Shown here: positions 49,218-59,073 of the stretch, one piece after another
Layout: every line of letters starts with the position of its first letter
Numbering within the stretch: position 1 is the first letter of the stretch
Virus record (IMG/VR): IMGVR_UViG_3300025640_000009
Location: 2,453 to 66,452 of that record
DNA length: 64,000 bases
Strand: one strand, 5' to 3'
From: a virus
Translations under genes and position numbers: made by a program
Notes under the pieces: model-generated
The model's input: only the letters and a program-made list of their open reading frames with translations
What the model was told of the DNA's origin: nothing
The model's database searches: none

Positions 49218-50052
49218 TCAGTAAACTGCATCGCTTTTTAATTAAATAATTCAACACTTTCATTTGCATTGGCTTTTTAGTGTTATCAAAAGTATTTATA
49301 ATCTTTTCATACACTGGTTTAGGTATTTCACTTAAATCGATCAGAGTCTTATTACGTTGATAATTACGATATAACTCTTCACTTAATACCTCTTTTAAGT
49401 TCTCTGCATTATCCAACCACTCTTCAAGTTGCTTAGCACTCACTGGAGTCTGTCTTACAGAATCAACGAATACATTATCTCCTGACTTGACGTTAGGAAT
49501 ACCATCACCTTTATCACCTTTCATGATATGATTAAAACGATAGATATGCGGATTCTTATCAGTTACTTCTTTCTTTTGCATAGGACTAAATTGTGATACA
49601 TCATTAAAGCGATGTAGTTGAATAAAGTCTTTATCGGATGAGATGATTTTAATTGGTTCACCTTTACCGAATTCTTGAGCTTCTAAAGTAAGAGCACCAA
49701 TGACATCATCAGCTTCACAGCCTTCTAGATGAATAACCTTATAAGGTAGATTCTCTTTAATCTCATCTCGTACTAGATTTAGAATACGAAAGATTTCAGG
49801 CCAATCGGTATCAGACTGTTCATCTCTACTTTTTTTACGGCTAGCTTTATATTGAGGAAAGTATTCCTTTCTCCATGTATTCATACCATCACAGCATATA
49901 ACCATTTGACCATACTTTTGACGATACTTCTTATTGTACATACGAATACTGTTAAGTATCATATGTCGTATCATCTGTTCATCATTTAGTTTTTGCACTA
50001 TAATGTTCGATAGCGCAATTTGATTATAATCAATCAATATCATTTTCGTCAC
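49183..50052 (-). CDS. rnh: T4-type RNase H (5'-3' exonuclease)
   Basis: ILIDYNQI, WRK..FP.YKA.R, EADD, SSDKDF.QL and GDKGDGIPN. Confidence 0.95.
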   Translation of the reverse strand: MTKMILIDYNQIALSNIIVQKLNDEQMIRHMILNSIRMYNKKYRQKYGQMVICCDGMNTWRKEYFPQYKASRKKSRDEQSDTDWPEIFRILNLVRDEIKENLPYKVIHLEGCEADDVIGALTLEAQEFGKGEPIKIISSDKDFIQLHRFNDVSQFSPMQKKEVTDKNPHIYRFNHIMKGDKGDGIPNVKSGDNVFVDSVRQTPVSAKQLEEWLDNAENLKEVLSEELYRNYQRNKTLIDLSEIPKPVYEKIINTFDNTKKPMQMKVLNYLIKKRCSLLIECVEEFYNNG

Positions 50053-50473
50053 TCTTTTCAGTTAATAATTCTTTTAGTTCTTTACCTAGCTCTTCCAACT
50101 CAGCATCAAATTCAGCATCATCAAAGTCACCCATGAGTTCGTCTAATTTAGTGTTAGCATTATCTAGATCTTCTTGGAATGGATGTTCCATACCCTTATA
50201 ACGATAGAATGTTCCAGCAAGCATATTAACAACTGCTGACATGTCTTTCATTTCATATTTATCTGGGTTAGTAAAATCCATGTCTTCAAAGCCATCGATA
50301 AATTCATTACCGCGTATAGCTTGATCCATGAGTTGAAAACAATATTGTGCTAGTTCAACACATTCTTCTTTTTGAATTTCGATACGATCGTCTTCTTGGA
50401 TGACATGATCGATCTTTTCATCGATGACTTGCTTTAATCGTTCTGAGGTGGGGAATTGTATTACATTGGACAT
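50030..50473 (-). CDS. Acidic hypothetical protein
   Basis: MSNVIQFP start and HPFQ motif. Confidence 0.7.
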   Translation of the reverse strand: MSNVIQFPTSERLKQVIDEKIDHVIQEDDRIEIQKEECVELAQYCFQLMDQAIRGNEFIDGFEDMDFTNPDKYEMKDMSAVVNMLAGTFYRYKGMEHPFQEDLDNANTKLDELMGDFDDAEFDAELEELGKELKELLTEKSDENDID

Positions 50474-50507
50474 AGTATTAACCTTTACTAATCATAATTT
50501 AATATAT

Positions 50508-50536
50508 ATTATAACATACTTTTGGACAAATGTAAA
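50508..50536 (-). promoter_or_regulatory. Early promoter
   Basis: TTTACA-N17-TATAAT. Confidence 0.8.
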
Positions 50537-50959
50537 CTACTTTTTTAAGTTTTTTACTGATGGTGCACCAATCTTACATCCTATGAAGCCATTATAGTAG
50601 TCATCAGTCAGAAGGACATCCCTGTCAAACTGCTCCTTGGCTTCCATGTATGCACATTCTCCTTTGGTTTTACACAAGTGAATGATCTCTCTTTTAAAAT
50701 GACTAGAGCCATCTTGATTGATATCTTCATTAAGTGAATTAGATGAACCGAAATAAGTCTTCCAATCCGATTCAACTAAGGTCTTCTTCCTTCTCTTTCT
50801 GGTCTTAGTAATCCCTAAGGTTTTCTTAAACCAAAAGAACTTCTTACCAACATACATCTTACCAGTTTGCTCATTCGTTATAAGATACACAAACCCGTAA
50901 TAGTCGTCAGAACTAAAGTCTTGAGGAGGAACATATTCTTTATCATTATATAACCACAT
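50537..50959 (-). CDS. GIY-YIG nuclease
   Basis: GFVYLITN...GKMYVGKK, ESDWKTYFGS and YYN. Confidence 0.85.
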   Translation of the reverse strand: MWLYNDKEYVPPQDFSSDDYYGFVYLITNEQTGKMYVGKKFFWFKKTLGITKTRKRRKKTLVESDWKTYFGSSNSLNEDINQDGSSHFKREIIHLCKTKGECAYMEAKEQFDRDVLLTDDYYNGFIGCKIGAPSVKNLKK

Positions 50960-50972
50960 GTATTATATATAA

Positions 50973-51012
50973 AAGAACCGGCGCGTACATTATGTATTGC
51001 AGAGGCGCCGGC
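50973..51012 (-). terminator. GC-rich hairpin with a U-tract after the nrd operon
   Basis: CCGGCGC...GCGCCGG-TTCTTTT. Confidence 0.6.
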
Positions 51013-51020
51013 CGTGTTAA

Positions 51021-51158
51021 CTAGTCATCAAAGTCAAGCTCTTCAATATGGTCTTCGATTGGTTCACCACATATAGGACAAAACTTAGGATCATCTTCTT
51101 CACATGATACTCGTGATTTATTATAGCACATCGGACAATCTATTTGTTTTACACTCAT
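51021..51158 (-). CDS. 45-aa zinc-ribbon protein
   Basis: CPMC and FCPICG motifs with an acidic tail; not in the ORF track. Confidence 0.7.
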   Translation of the reverse strand: MSVKQIDCPMCYNKSRVSCEEDDPKFCPICGEPIEDHIEELDFDD

Positions 51159-51409
51159 AATGATTGCCCAGAATTTGTTAACATTTTCAAGTCATCTAAT
51201 GTACGAGATACTCCGCCAATAGTAATCTGTGGAAATGTCTTTGCATCTGGAAATATTGCGAATAATTCTTCTCGAGTAAAATCTACATCTAATTTCTTAT
51301 ATGTACACTTAATCTCGATAGGTGTAGCACTATCTAGATTTTCCATTAGATTCTTTGCAGTGACACACTGCGGGCATGATTCTTTTCCGTATACTATTAC
51401 TTCAATCAT
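51155..51409 (-). CDS. nrdC: Glutaredoxin
   Basis: VYGKESCPQC and TFPQI. Confidence 0.88.
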   Translation of the reverse strand: MIEVIVYGKESCPQCVTAKNLMENLDSATPIEIKCTYKKLDVDFTREELFAIFPDAKTFPQITIGGVSRTLDDLKMLTNSGQSL

Positions 51410-51417
51410 TATATCTC

Positions 51418-52503
51418 CTATAAGCTCAGTGCGGCTAGTGTACTACCAGTAACATCTTTCTTAACTCCACCCGTAACATAAGATGTGATCTCTGTTTCTT
51501 GTGGTGCTACCTGTACATTGCCGCCGCCAATCCACTTTTCAGTCCATGGCAGAGGGTTTGTTTTTGATACATGATACGGTGAATGAATACCCAAAGCTCT
51601 CATTCTCTTTGTGCTGATCCATTCAACATAATCACATAATAATTTTTCATTAAGACCAATCATTGATCCATCTTTAAATAGATAATTAGCCCATTGCTTT
51701 TCTTGTTCTACTACACCTACGAATAACTTTTCTACTTCATCAGCCAATTCAGCTTGAATCTTTGTATAATCGGGGTCTTCTTTTAATAGGCTCTTAATCA
51801 TTACTGTACTGCCAGCAAGATGAACGTTCTCATCTCTTGCAATAAACTTGATAATCTTTGCGTTACCTTCCATCTTCTTTAATTCTGCAAATGCCCATGA
51901 GCATGCAAACGATACATAGAACCTTATGCCTTCTAAAGCGTTAGCACACATAAGAGCTAACCAGATCTTTTTCTTATGTTCATATAAATCTACTGGATGC
52001 CTGTAGTCAGGATCGTTATGAACATTTGCTTCAGTTAGATCATCATAGTATTTACTTATATCTGCTGCACAGTCCATAATCTCAGAGTTATCCATAATAC
52101 CATCAAATACAATTGAAGGATCCGGATATATGTTACGAATGATATGTGTATATGAACGACTATGAATTGTTTCAAAGAATGCCCATGTAGTAATCCAGTT
52201 CTCTACTTCAGGGAGTGAACATATAGGCAAGAATGCATCTAATGGTTCTCTACCTTGAACTGAATCTAATAGAATTTGTCTCTTTAAGTTGCTTGTAAAG
52301 ATATGTTGTTCATGCTCATCCAATGAATCGAAGTCTTTCTTATCCTTTGATACATCTACTTCTTCAGGTCTCCAAAAGAAACCTAATTGCTTATCAGTAA
52401 TCTTATCGATGTTCGGATATTTTACGGTATCATACCGTGCGATATCTACTGATTCGTCTAAGAACATCATTTTATCTAAATGTGACTTGGTGCCTTTTTT
52501 CAT
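51418..52503 (-). CDS. nrdB: Class Ia ribonucleotide reductase beta subunit
   Basis: FFWRPEEV, LLDSVQGR, ETIHSRSY, EGIRFY, DENVH and VAPQE.E. Confidence 0.97.
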   Translation of the reverse strand: MKKGTKSHLDKMMFLDESVDIARYDTVKYPNIDKITDKQLGFFWRPEEVDVSKDKKDFDSLDEHEQHIFTSNLKRQILLDSVQGREPLDAFLPICSLPEVENWITTWAFFETIHSRSYTHIIRNIYPDPSIVFDGIMDNSEIMDCAADISKYYDDLTEANVHNDPDYRHPVDLYEHKKKIWLALMCANALEGIRFYVSFACSWAFAELKKMEGNAKIIKFIARDENVHLAGSTVMIKSLLKEDPDYTKIQAELADEVEKLFVGVVEQEKQWANYLFKDGSMIGLNEKLLCDYVEWISTKRMRALGIHSPYHVSKTNPLPWTEKWIGGGNVQVAPQETEITSYVTGGVKKDVTGSTLAALSL

Positions 52504-54746
52504 ATTTTACAGCTCTCGCAATCTTCTTCTGAATTATCTCCAGCACCATCATGGGTGTTGAAATAATATAATTGTTTTAGTCCATACTTGTAAGCAGTCA
52601 CAAGATCAGTTACCATCTCTGACATAGGTACTTTATTATCTTCAAAGAACTGAGGATTATAAGAGGTATTCACACTAATCCCTTGATCAATATACTTCTG
52701 TAGAATTGCACAGATTTTTAAATAACCATCAGGTGATTCTTGATCCCATAACAAATCGTACTTGTTCTTTAAGTGATGAATGCCAGGAACAACCTGAGCC
52801 ATTACTCCATCTTTTGACTGCTTGTATGATACTAATGCTCTTGGTGGTTCAATACCATTAGTACTATTACTTATTTGTGCTGATGTTTCAGCTGGCATAA
52901 GAGCCATAAGTGTTGAGTTACGTATACCACTATCTTGAAGCTGTTCACGCAAACTCTGCCATGGCATTCTTTCGTTAGGCTTAACTAAATTATCTACTGC
53001 TTCCTTATATGTATCAATTGGAAGAATTCCACTACCATATTTAGTCTCATAATTTTTATTGATTTTACCTTTCTCAGAAGCTAAGTCAGCAGATGCTTTA
53101 ATAAGATAATACGACCATGCTTCGGCATATTCATCAACTGTATCAAATGCACTATCATCATACTTTAATCCACGCTTAGCAAGGAAGTATGCAAGGTTAA
53201 TGATACCAACGCCTAGTGGTCTACGATTCATTGTTGATCGATATGCAGCTTCAATTGGATAATCTTGGTAATCTAATAACGCATCAAGTGCTCTTACTGA
53301 TAACGTACAATACTTTTCAAACTCAGATGGATCATTAATAAGACCCCAGTTGATTGCTGATAGAGTACATAGACTAATTTCACCATTAGGATCATCAGCT
53401 GATTGTAATGGTTTAGTTGGTAAATCGATTTCGCAACAAAGATTACTCATACGAATAGGAGCAACCTTTGGATGAAATGCGCCATGCTCGTTTGCATGAT
53501 CAACATTCATCACATAGATTCTACCAGTATCTTTACGTTCACTTAAAAGACTTTGGAATACATCAAGTGCAGGCATAGTCTTTTTACGAATAGAAGTCTT
53601 TCTTTCATACTCTTCATATATAGCTTTAAACTTATCTTGATCTGAAAAGAATGATTCATATAGACCAGGAACATCATGTGGATCAAAGAACGTAATGTTA
53701 CCACCAGTTAATAAACGCTCATACATAAGTTTATTCATTTGGAATGTGTAATCCATATGACGTACACGATTCTCTTCAGTACCTTTATTATTCTTTAATA
53801 CAACTAAGTCTTCAAACTCATAATGCCATAATGGTAAGTATACCGTAGCGGCTCCACCTCGGACACCGCCTTGGCTACATGACTTAACAGCAGACTGAAA
53901 ATATTTTAAAAATGGAATGAGACCTGTATGTACAATAGAACCATCACCTACACTTGCTCCGGCAGCTCGAATAGAACCAGCACCGATACCGATACCAGCT
54001 TTCTTAGAGATATATTTTACAATACTTGTTGAAGTCGCATTAATAGAATCGAGACTATCGCCGGATTCGATAAGAACACAACTGGAAAATTGCCGAGTGG
54101 AAGTTCGGACTCCAGCCATAATAGGTGTAGGGAGTGAAATATAGAACTGAGAAATTGCATCATAATAATCCTTAACGTATTTTATTCTTGTTGATTGATC
54201 ATACTCACTAAATAGAGTCATAGACACCATCATATAAAGCATTTGTGGTGACTCAAATAATTCACCAGTACGTCTGTTTTGTACTAGATATTTACCACGG
54301 AATTGTTCCATACCAGCATACGTAAAATCATTATCTCTGTTATGTTTAATATAGAGATTTAGATCATCGAATTCTTCAACGTTATACTTATCTAAGATAC
54401 CTGCATCATATACATCATGTTTAACGTTATCTTTAACAAGTTTATATAAAGAGCAAGGTTCGTATTTACCATAGACTTCTTTACGAATCTTATAGTTAAT
54501 TAATCGAGCTGCTACGTATTGATAGTTTGGAGTTGATTCAGTGATATGTTCAGCAGCACTCTTAATAAGAAGCTCATGAATGTCATATGCTGGAATATTG
54601 TTATATAGTTGTATGTTTGCTTTGAGTTCTATCTCAGATACGGAGACACCAGTAATGCCTTCGGTTGCCCATTCGAGTACTTGGTGTACCTTTTCTAGGT
54701 CAAATGGCTGAGTATAGCCATCTCTTTTAGTAACGTTAAAAGACAT
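52500..54746 (-). CDS. nrdA: Class Ia ribonucleotide reductase alpha subunit
   Basis: ATP cone, QFSSC, SNLCCEI, MPAETS, LYY and the C-terminal CESC. Confidence 0.97.
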   Translation of the reverse strand: MSFNVTKRDGYTQPFDLEKVHQVLEWATEGITGVSVSEIELKANIQLYNNIPAYDIHELLIKSAAEHITESTPNYQYVAARLINYKIRKEVYGKYEPCSLYKLVKDNVKHDVYDAGILDKYNVEEFDDLNLYIKHNRDNDFTYAGMEQFRGKYLVQNRRTGELFESPQMLYMMVSMTLFSEYDQSTRIKYVKDYYDAISQFYISLPTPIMAGVRTSTRQFSSCVLIESGDSLDSINATSTSIVKYISKKAGIGIGAGSIRAAGASVGDGSIVHTGLIPFLKYFQSAVKSCSQGGVRGGAATVYLPLWHYEFEDLVVLKNNKGTEENRVRHMDYTFQMNKLMYERLLTGGNITFFDPHDVPGLYESFFSDQDKFKAIYEEYERKTSIRKKTMPALDVFQSLLSERKDTGRIYVMNVDHANEHGAFHPKVAPIRMSNLCCEIDLPTKPLQSADDPNGEISLCTLSAINWGLINDPSEFEKYCTLSVRALDALLDYQDYPIEAAYRSTMNRRPLGVGIINLAYFLAKRGLKYDDSAFDTVDEYAEAWSYYLIKASADLASEKGKINKNYETKYGSGILPIDTYKEAVDNLVKPNERMPWQSLREQLQDSGIRNSTLMALMPAETSAQISNSTNGIEPPRALVSYKQSKDGVMAQVVPGIHHLKNKYDLLWDQESPDGYLKICAILQKYIDQGISVNTSYNPQFFEDNKVPMSEMVTDLVTAYKYGLKQLYYFNTHDGAGDNSEEDCESCKI

Positions 54747-54777
54747 AAGTTAATCCTGTTAATAAATTAGAAGGTAT

Positions 54778-54806
54778 ATTATATCATACCAGGGGTCAAA
54801 AGTAAA
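54778..54806 (-). promoter_or_regulatory. Early promoter for nrdAB
   Basis: TTTACT-N17-TATAAT. Confidence 0.75.
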
Positions 54807-54809
54807 CAG

Positions 54810-55049
54810 TTATTTTACTTTCTTTTCAAGTTCTTCAAGTCGTGCGAGGATCAAGGGATATTGTTTACGAAACTTAGAATCTTTCTTTGCAAGTTCTAAA
54901 TCGTATTTGTCAGCCAGATACTGCATAGTATTGTTGACATACTGCTGAAACCAGATTCCAAGCTTAGTGCCTTGGAACCAGTTATAGAATGAGCTACCGA
55001 TTACTGACGATAACATTGACTTAAGCGCAAGAATGGTTAACCACGACAT
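54810..55049 (-). CDS. Hypothetical membrane-associated protein
   Basis: Amphipathic N-terminus. Confidence 0.6.
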   Translation of the reverse strand: MSWLTILALKSMLSSVIGSSFYNWFQGTKLGIWFQQYVNNTMQYLADKYDLELAKKDSKFRKQYPLILARLEELEKKVK

Positions 55050-55819
55050 TTATCAATTTCCTCTTTATTTTTATCCACTAGATATATATAACCATCCATA
55101 CCGTGATCTGTTAATCCATCAAAGAATTTTAACTTAGCCCAAGATGAGATTAAACCTTTAAAGAGATCAGCAAAGTCTTGCCAAAATGTATTACCTAACA
55201 CTAATGATTCTTTACTGCTGAAGTACATCTCACAACCATCATGTTTAAAACCAAGGATAGAAGGTGGTACTTTAGCGACTAGATCATTGTTATTTACAAA
55301 GCGATAATGAGGAACACAACATGTATTAACAAACTGTTTACCACCAACACGAGGAGAACCAAACGTAAACAAACCTCTAGCTAATGTATAACGAGATGCT
55401 GCAATGGTTGCCATTGCTCCACCAAGAGAATGACCACAAAAATATACATCACGAGGAATAGCAAGTTTACCATTATGGTTTAATACCTTAACGACTTCTT
55501 CCCATAGCTCATCAACTTCATCTTTAAAGCCACCATGAACCATACCAGCAGATTCAGATTTTTCTTTAAACATATTTAGATCAGCTTTAAGATCGTTTAA
55601 TTGATTCGGTTGAGTACCACGAAAAGCAATCCATAATTGACTATCTAGCTTAGTAATTAAACATTCAGCACTATTGATTGAAATAAGCTTTGATGTAGCT
55701 TTCTTATAGATTTCTGTTCTAATTAATTTATTTCTGCTTTCAGCATCATCCATGTATGACCATGACGCTAAACGCGCTGCGACTGATGCTTTTTCACTAA
55801 GGGTTTTCGGGACTGCCAT
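55037..55819 (-). CDS. Class 3 lipase
   Basis: AFRGT, VHGGF, GHSLGG, TFGSPRVG, NNNDLV.KVP and DH. Confidence 0.92.
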   Translation of the reverse strand: MAVPKTLSEKASVAARLASWSYMDDAESRNKLIRTEIYKKATSKLISINSAECLITKLDSQLWIAFRGTQPNQLNDLKADLNMFKEKSESAGMVHGGFKDEVDELWEEVVKVLNHNGKLAIPRDVYFCGHSLGGAMATIAASRYTLARGLFTFGSPRVGGKQFVNTCCVPHYRFVNNNDLVAKVPPSILGFKHDGCEMYFSSKESLVLGNTFWQDFADLFKGLISSWAKLKFFDGLTDHGMDGYIYLVDKNKEEIDKCRG

Positions 55820-56207
55820 TTTCTTCTTCCTCTATAGTAGTTACTTTCTTATAGTAGACTACAACTTGTTTTAATTCTTTGACATAACGTTTAATCTCTT
55901 GAAGATTATATGCCATGAGTTCATAGTCACCTGGAGACATAGCGAAGAATACTAATGTGCTAGATTCCTTTTCAATACTCACAAGGAATTCATCTAAATT
56001 CTTTTCTGATACAACGTACCATTTTGGTTCTTTTAAATCAATCTTCCGTGGTAATACAGGCTGAGTAATTTTAATCTTTATTGGTACTGTTTTTATTGTT
56101 ACCTCACGAGGAGGTTTAGTCATTAATGCGCAGCTACTCAGTAGTAGGACTGACATCAAAACTGCTGTCATTTTCAAGCGAGTCAAATACATCTTTGGTT
56201 GCTCCAT
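55797..56207 (-). CDS. Outer-membrane lipoprotein spanin (o-spanin-like)
   Basis: Lipobox LLLSSC, Pro-rich, overlaps the i-spanin. Confidence 0.7.
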   Translation of the reverse strand: MEQPKMYLTRLKMTAVLMSVLLLSSCALMTKPPREVTIKTVPIKIKITQPVLPRKIDLKEPKWYVVSEKNLDEFLVSIEKESSTLVFFAMSPGDYELMAYNLQEIKRYVKELKQVVVYYKKVTTIEEEENGSPENP

Positions 56208-56520
56208 TCACTCTTTTCTCAATTAAGCCAGGTTTTGCTGCGGCCAGTTTTGCAAGGTTATGTCTCTTAAATATATCTAAGTAACGATTCATCTCTGATT
56301 GAATCTCTTGATTCTTTAAAGATAATTCGTTTAGAGCTTCACCTTGTAACTCATAAGATTTTTGCATAGTATTGATTGCATCATCTTGAGTCTCAATCTT
56401 TAACTCATATGCTTTATTTAAATCACGTAGTTCAATCAATTGGTTTTGTGTGGTACTATAATAAAAATAACCAACAACACCAAACGACAATAATATTCCA
56501 ATCAATACTTTACTGAGCAT
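56134..56520 (-). CDS. Inner-membrane spanin (i-spanin-like)
   Basis: N-terminal TM plus coiled coil, and AKPGLIE.RVN. Confidence 0.75.
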   Translation of the reverse strand: MLSKVLIGILLSFGVVGYFYYSTTQNQLIELRDLNKAYELKIETQDDAINTMQKSYELQGEALNELSLKNQEIQSEMNRYLDIFKRHNLAKLAAAKPGLIEKRVNGATKDVFDSLENDSSFDVSPTTE

Positions 56521-56907
56521 TTACTTAAGATTACCTAGTTTCATTAATTTAATAACTTCAGTCATATCGCTTTTCTTTATAGTAACCATTAATCCAAACT
56601 TACCTTGAAGTTGAATCTCACCACGGCCAATATCAACAACAGTGATACCACCTTTGCTTGTACCGATATCTTTACTCGCTTCTTGAATATCAGATTCTTT
56701 AACTTCTTGAGCATTCTTCTTTGCTTCTCGTGCAGCCTTCTTAGCTGTCATGCGCTCGACAAACTTACGGCCTTCTTTAGTGCGACCATCATATTGCTTT
56801 TTCTTTTTATCTTTATCGCCTAATGGTTGAGGCGTAATTGCGACAGCAGCAGTACCCATTTGTTCATGAGCAGCTTTTTGCCATTCTTCAAAAGTTCGAA
56901 AATTCAT
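56521..56907 (-). CDS. Hypothetical putative internal head protein
   Basis: F..FEE N-terminus and YDGRTKEGRKF motif. Confidence 0.6.
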   Translation of the reverse strand: MNFRTFEEWQKAAHEQMGTAAVAITPQPLGDKDKKKKQYDGRTKEGRKFVERMTAKKAAREAKKNAQEVKESDIQEASKDIGTSKGGITVVDIGRGEIQLQGKFGLMVTIKKSDMTEVIKLMKLGNLK

Positions 56908-57485
56908 CGTTTTATATCTCCATTTGAAATATAGATTTCTTGTTGAGTCGGTATGTGTATTACTTTATAAATGTTCTTACCAAGGATATTAGAGCAAGGC
57001 ATAGTCTTTTCATTAACATTTACTTTTGTATTCTTAAGTGCAATTGTATCACCCGTTGACAATGATAAAATATCTTCTGTTAGTGTATACGTACCACAGT
57101 TTAGACCTGTATCAGTTTCAAACCATTTGTTTTCATTAAAACATGTATCGGTAATCTTTTCACCAGTTGCTTCTTCCATAATAGCTTTAAGTTTAGATTC
57201 AGGTATGTCAGTATATTCTTTAATGAGAAACAATGCAGCGGCATATGATCCAATCTTATTTCCTGGTATTAATCTCTTTACGTTAAATACCAATCGATTG
57301 AATACAGTATAAGCTGATTTCTCTTCAGAAGTTTTAGCTTTCTTTAATAACTTACCGTTATTATCAATTAAACCTAATTCAAAAGCTTTGGTTTTATCCC
57401 ATGATGTAGTTAATAATTTAAGAAACTTGAACGCATAAAATAGATCTGCGGTACGTGATAATATGCCTTCATTTAATTTTTGCAT
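56904..57485 (-). CDS. Conserved T4-like hypothetical protein
   Basis: Y.F.FLKLL...W....AF.LG.ID..G and AYT.F.RLVFN.KRL. Confidence 0.8.
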   Translation of the reverse strand: MQKLNEGILSRTADLFYAFKFLKLLTTSWDKTKAFELGLIDNNGKLLKKAKTSEEKSAYTVFNRLVFNVKRLIPGNKIGSYAAALFLIKEYTDIPESKLKAIMEEATGEKITDTCFNENKWFETDTGLNCGTYTLTEDILSLSTGDTIALKNTKVNVNEKTMPCSNILGKNIYKVIHIPTQQEIYISNGDIKR

Positions 57486-57856
57486 TATACGTTCCTTAAT
57501 ACCTTAATTATATTTTGATCCATGGTAATTTCAACCCTTTCTTTTATATCTAAATAGTTTAGAAAGACTAAAAATGGTTTAAGATAATGATAATGTTCTT
57601 CATCAACTTTAAACCATGTCATGCGATTAGCAGCTTCAATTCCAAATATATTATATATGACTATAAGATGGTTAAGTATTAAACGTTCTTGCAAATCATT
57701 ATGGACTTCATATCTCCTAAACAGTCGTTTGAGATATTTAAATCGTGCTAAGTCCTCTTTGAATTCTTCTACATCACAACACTCAGTATTATTATAGTTT
57801 TGCATTGCAAAGAATTCAAAATTCTTATTTGTAAGTTCGTCAAATACTTTCATCAT
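57485..57856 (-). CDS. Conserved T4-like hypothetical protein
   Basis: EEF.EDL.RFKYLKRL and ERLILNH.IV.YN.FG. Confidence 0.8.
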   Translation of the reverse strand: MMKVFDELTNKNFEFFAMQNYNNTECCDVEEFKEDLARFKYLKRLFRRYEVHNDLQERLILNHLIVIYNIFGIEAANRMTWFKVDEEHYHYLKPFLVFLNYLDIKERVEITMDQNIIKVLRNV

Positions 57857-57871
57857 ATAGTATATATAGTT

Positions 57872-58207
57872 TTAGTTTTTAAAGTTTGCGCCTTTCTGCC
57901 GACCGAACTTCTCTTTACCAGTAAACTTAACAGCACCTTTCATAATCGATGCAACGTCTACTTTACCTTTTAAGATTGGATCAGTCTTTAGCATTTTCTC
58001 TAAGTCTTTAGGTTCACCTGCCATGGCAAAAAACCTATCATTAGAAGCTGCCACTACAGTCGTTTTATACTTTTCTGGGGCAGTAGCTCTAAAGGTTTGA
58101 CCTGCTTTATTAAATAGTTCAATGGGAAATTTAAACACTATTGTTCTATATGAAGCAGGAGCTTCTTGTAAACTTAAAGATTCTCTTAGTTGAAAAAAGT
58201 TTTTCAT
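57872..58207 (-). CDS. Hypothetical putative internal head protein
   Basis: MKNFFQLRESLSLQEA N-terminus. Confidence 0.6.
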   Translation of the reverse strand: MKNFFQLRESLSLQEAPASYRTIVFKFPIELFNKAGQTFRATAPEKYKTTVVAASNDRFFAMAGEPKDLEKMLKTDPILKGKVDVASIMKGAVKFTGKEKFGRQKGANFKN

Positions 58208-58208
58208 T

Positions 58209-59063
58209 TTATTTACCTTGTGCTTTTTTTAGTTTATCGTATAACTTATCAAGATCTGCTTCAGCTTTTGATAATACTTTATTGTGTGCCTTATCTAGTT
58301 TTTTAAATTCGGCTTTATCAATATCGTTATCGTTATAAGCATCTTCAGTTGAGCTTATATCATTTCGAATTTGATCGATCTTAGTATTTGCAGCAGTGAT
58401 GGCCTTTTGAATTTTATCTTCAACACCTTCTTTAACTTCGCCTTCTGCTTCGTAGTTAGCATCTATATAATCGAAGAATTCTTTCTTCTTACCATCTTCT
58501 AATTCAGCAGGAGATTTAACACCAAACTTCTTCATAGCAGCATCAAAGACTTTTCTATAAGCAGCTTGCTTAGCAGACATTTCAGCTTCGTCCATATCTT
58601 CTTCTTCAGCTAACTCATAACCTTTGGCCATGAATTTCTTAACGTCTGTCTTATTGATTACTTCAACCTTGCCATTCTTAACAACTAATACTTCAGTCTT
58701 AGGATCTTTAAGCTGACGAGCTTCATGGATAGCTAATGCTTCGTCATGAAGTGTTTCATTTTCTTCTGCAGTTAGATCAATCTTTTTAACAGCACCGTGC
58801 TTAGCTTGTACCTTTTTAACATTTTGATCTACTGATAAGTCAGCTGGACCAGCAACGTTTTCTTTTGGTGCTTCGTGGGTATAACCCTTAGCAGCAAGAG
58901 CTTTGTGCTCTGCTTCATCCTTAGCTACTTCTTTCTTTCCAGTCTTAGGATCGAACATATCGTGTGGATATTTCATTTCCATTTCTTTTACTGGTGCTTT
59001 ACCTTCTAGGACATGTTGTACCGCTTGCGCTAGGTCCTGAGTTGCTTGATCATATAGTTTCAT
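58209..59063 (-). CDS. Modular putative internal head protein
   Basis: Small modules (YPH.MFDPKTG...H..L...GYTH; KKFGVKSP..L....KKEFF..ID) separated by Glu-rich sites. Confidence 0.65.
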   Translation of the reverse strand: MKLYDQATQDLAQAVQHVLEGKAPVKEMEMKYPHDMFDPKTGKKEVAKDEAEHKALAAKGYTHEAPKENVAGPADLSVDQNVKKVQAKHGAVKKIDLTAEENETLHDEALAIHEARQLKDPKTEVLVVKNGKVEVINKTDVKKFMAKGYELAEEEDMDEAEMSAKQAAYRKVFDAAMKKFGVKSPAELEDGKKKEFFDYIDANYEAEGEVKEGVEDKIQKAITAANTKIDQIRNDISSTEDAYNDNDIDKAEFKKLDKAHNKVLSKAEADLDKLYDKLKKAQGK

Positions 59064-59073
59064 TTGTGTTCTC

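Noticed and set aside
50537-54746. Intron, intein or homing element in nrdAB
   Set aside because: nrdA and nrdB are uninterrupted and of normal length. The GIY-YIG gene is free-standing and short.
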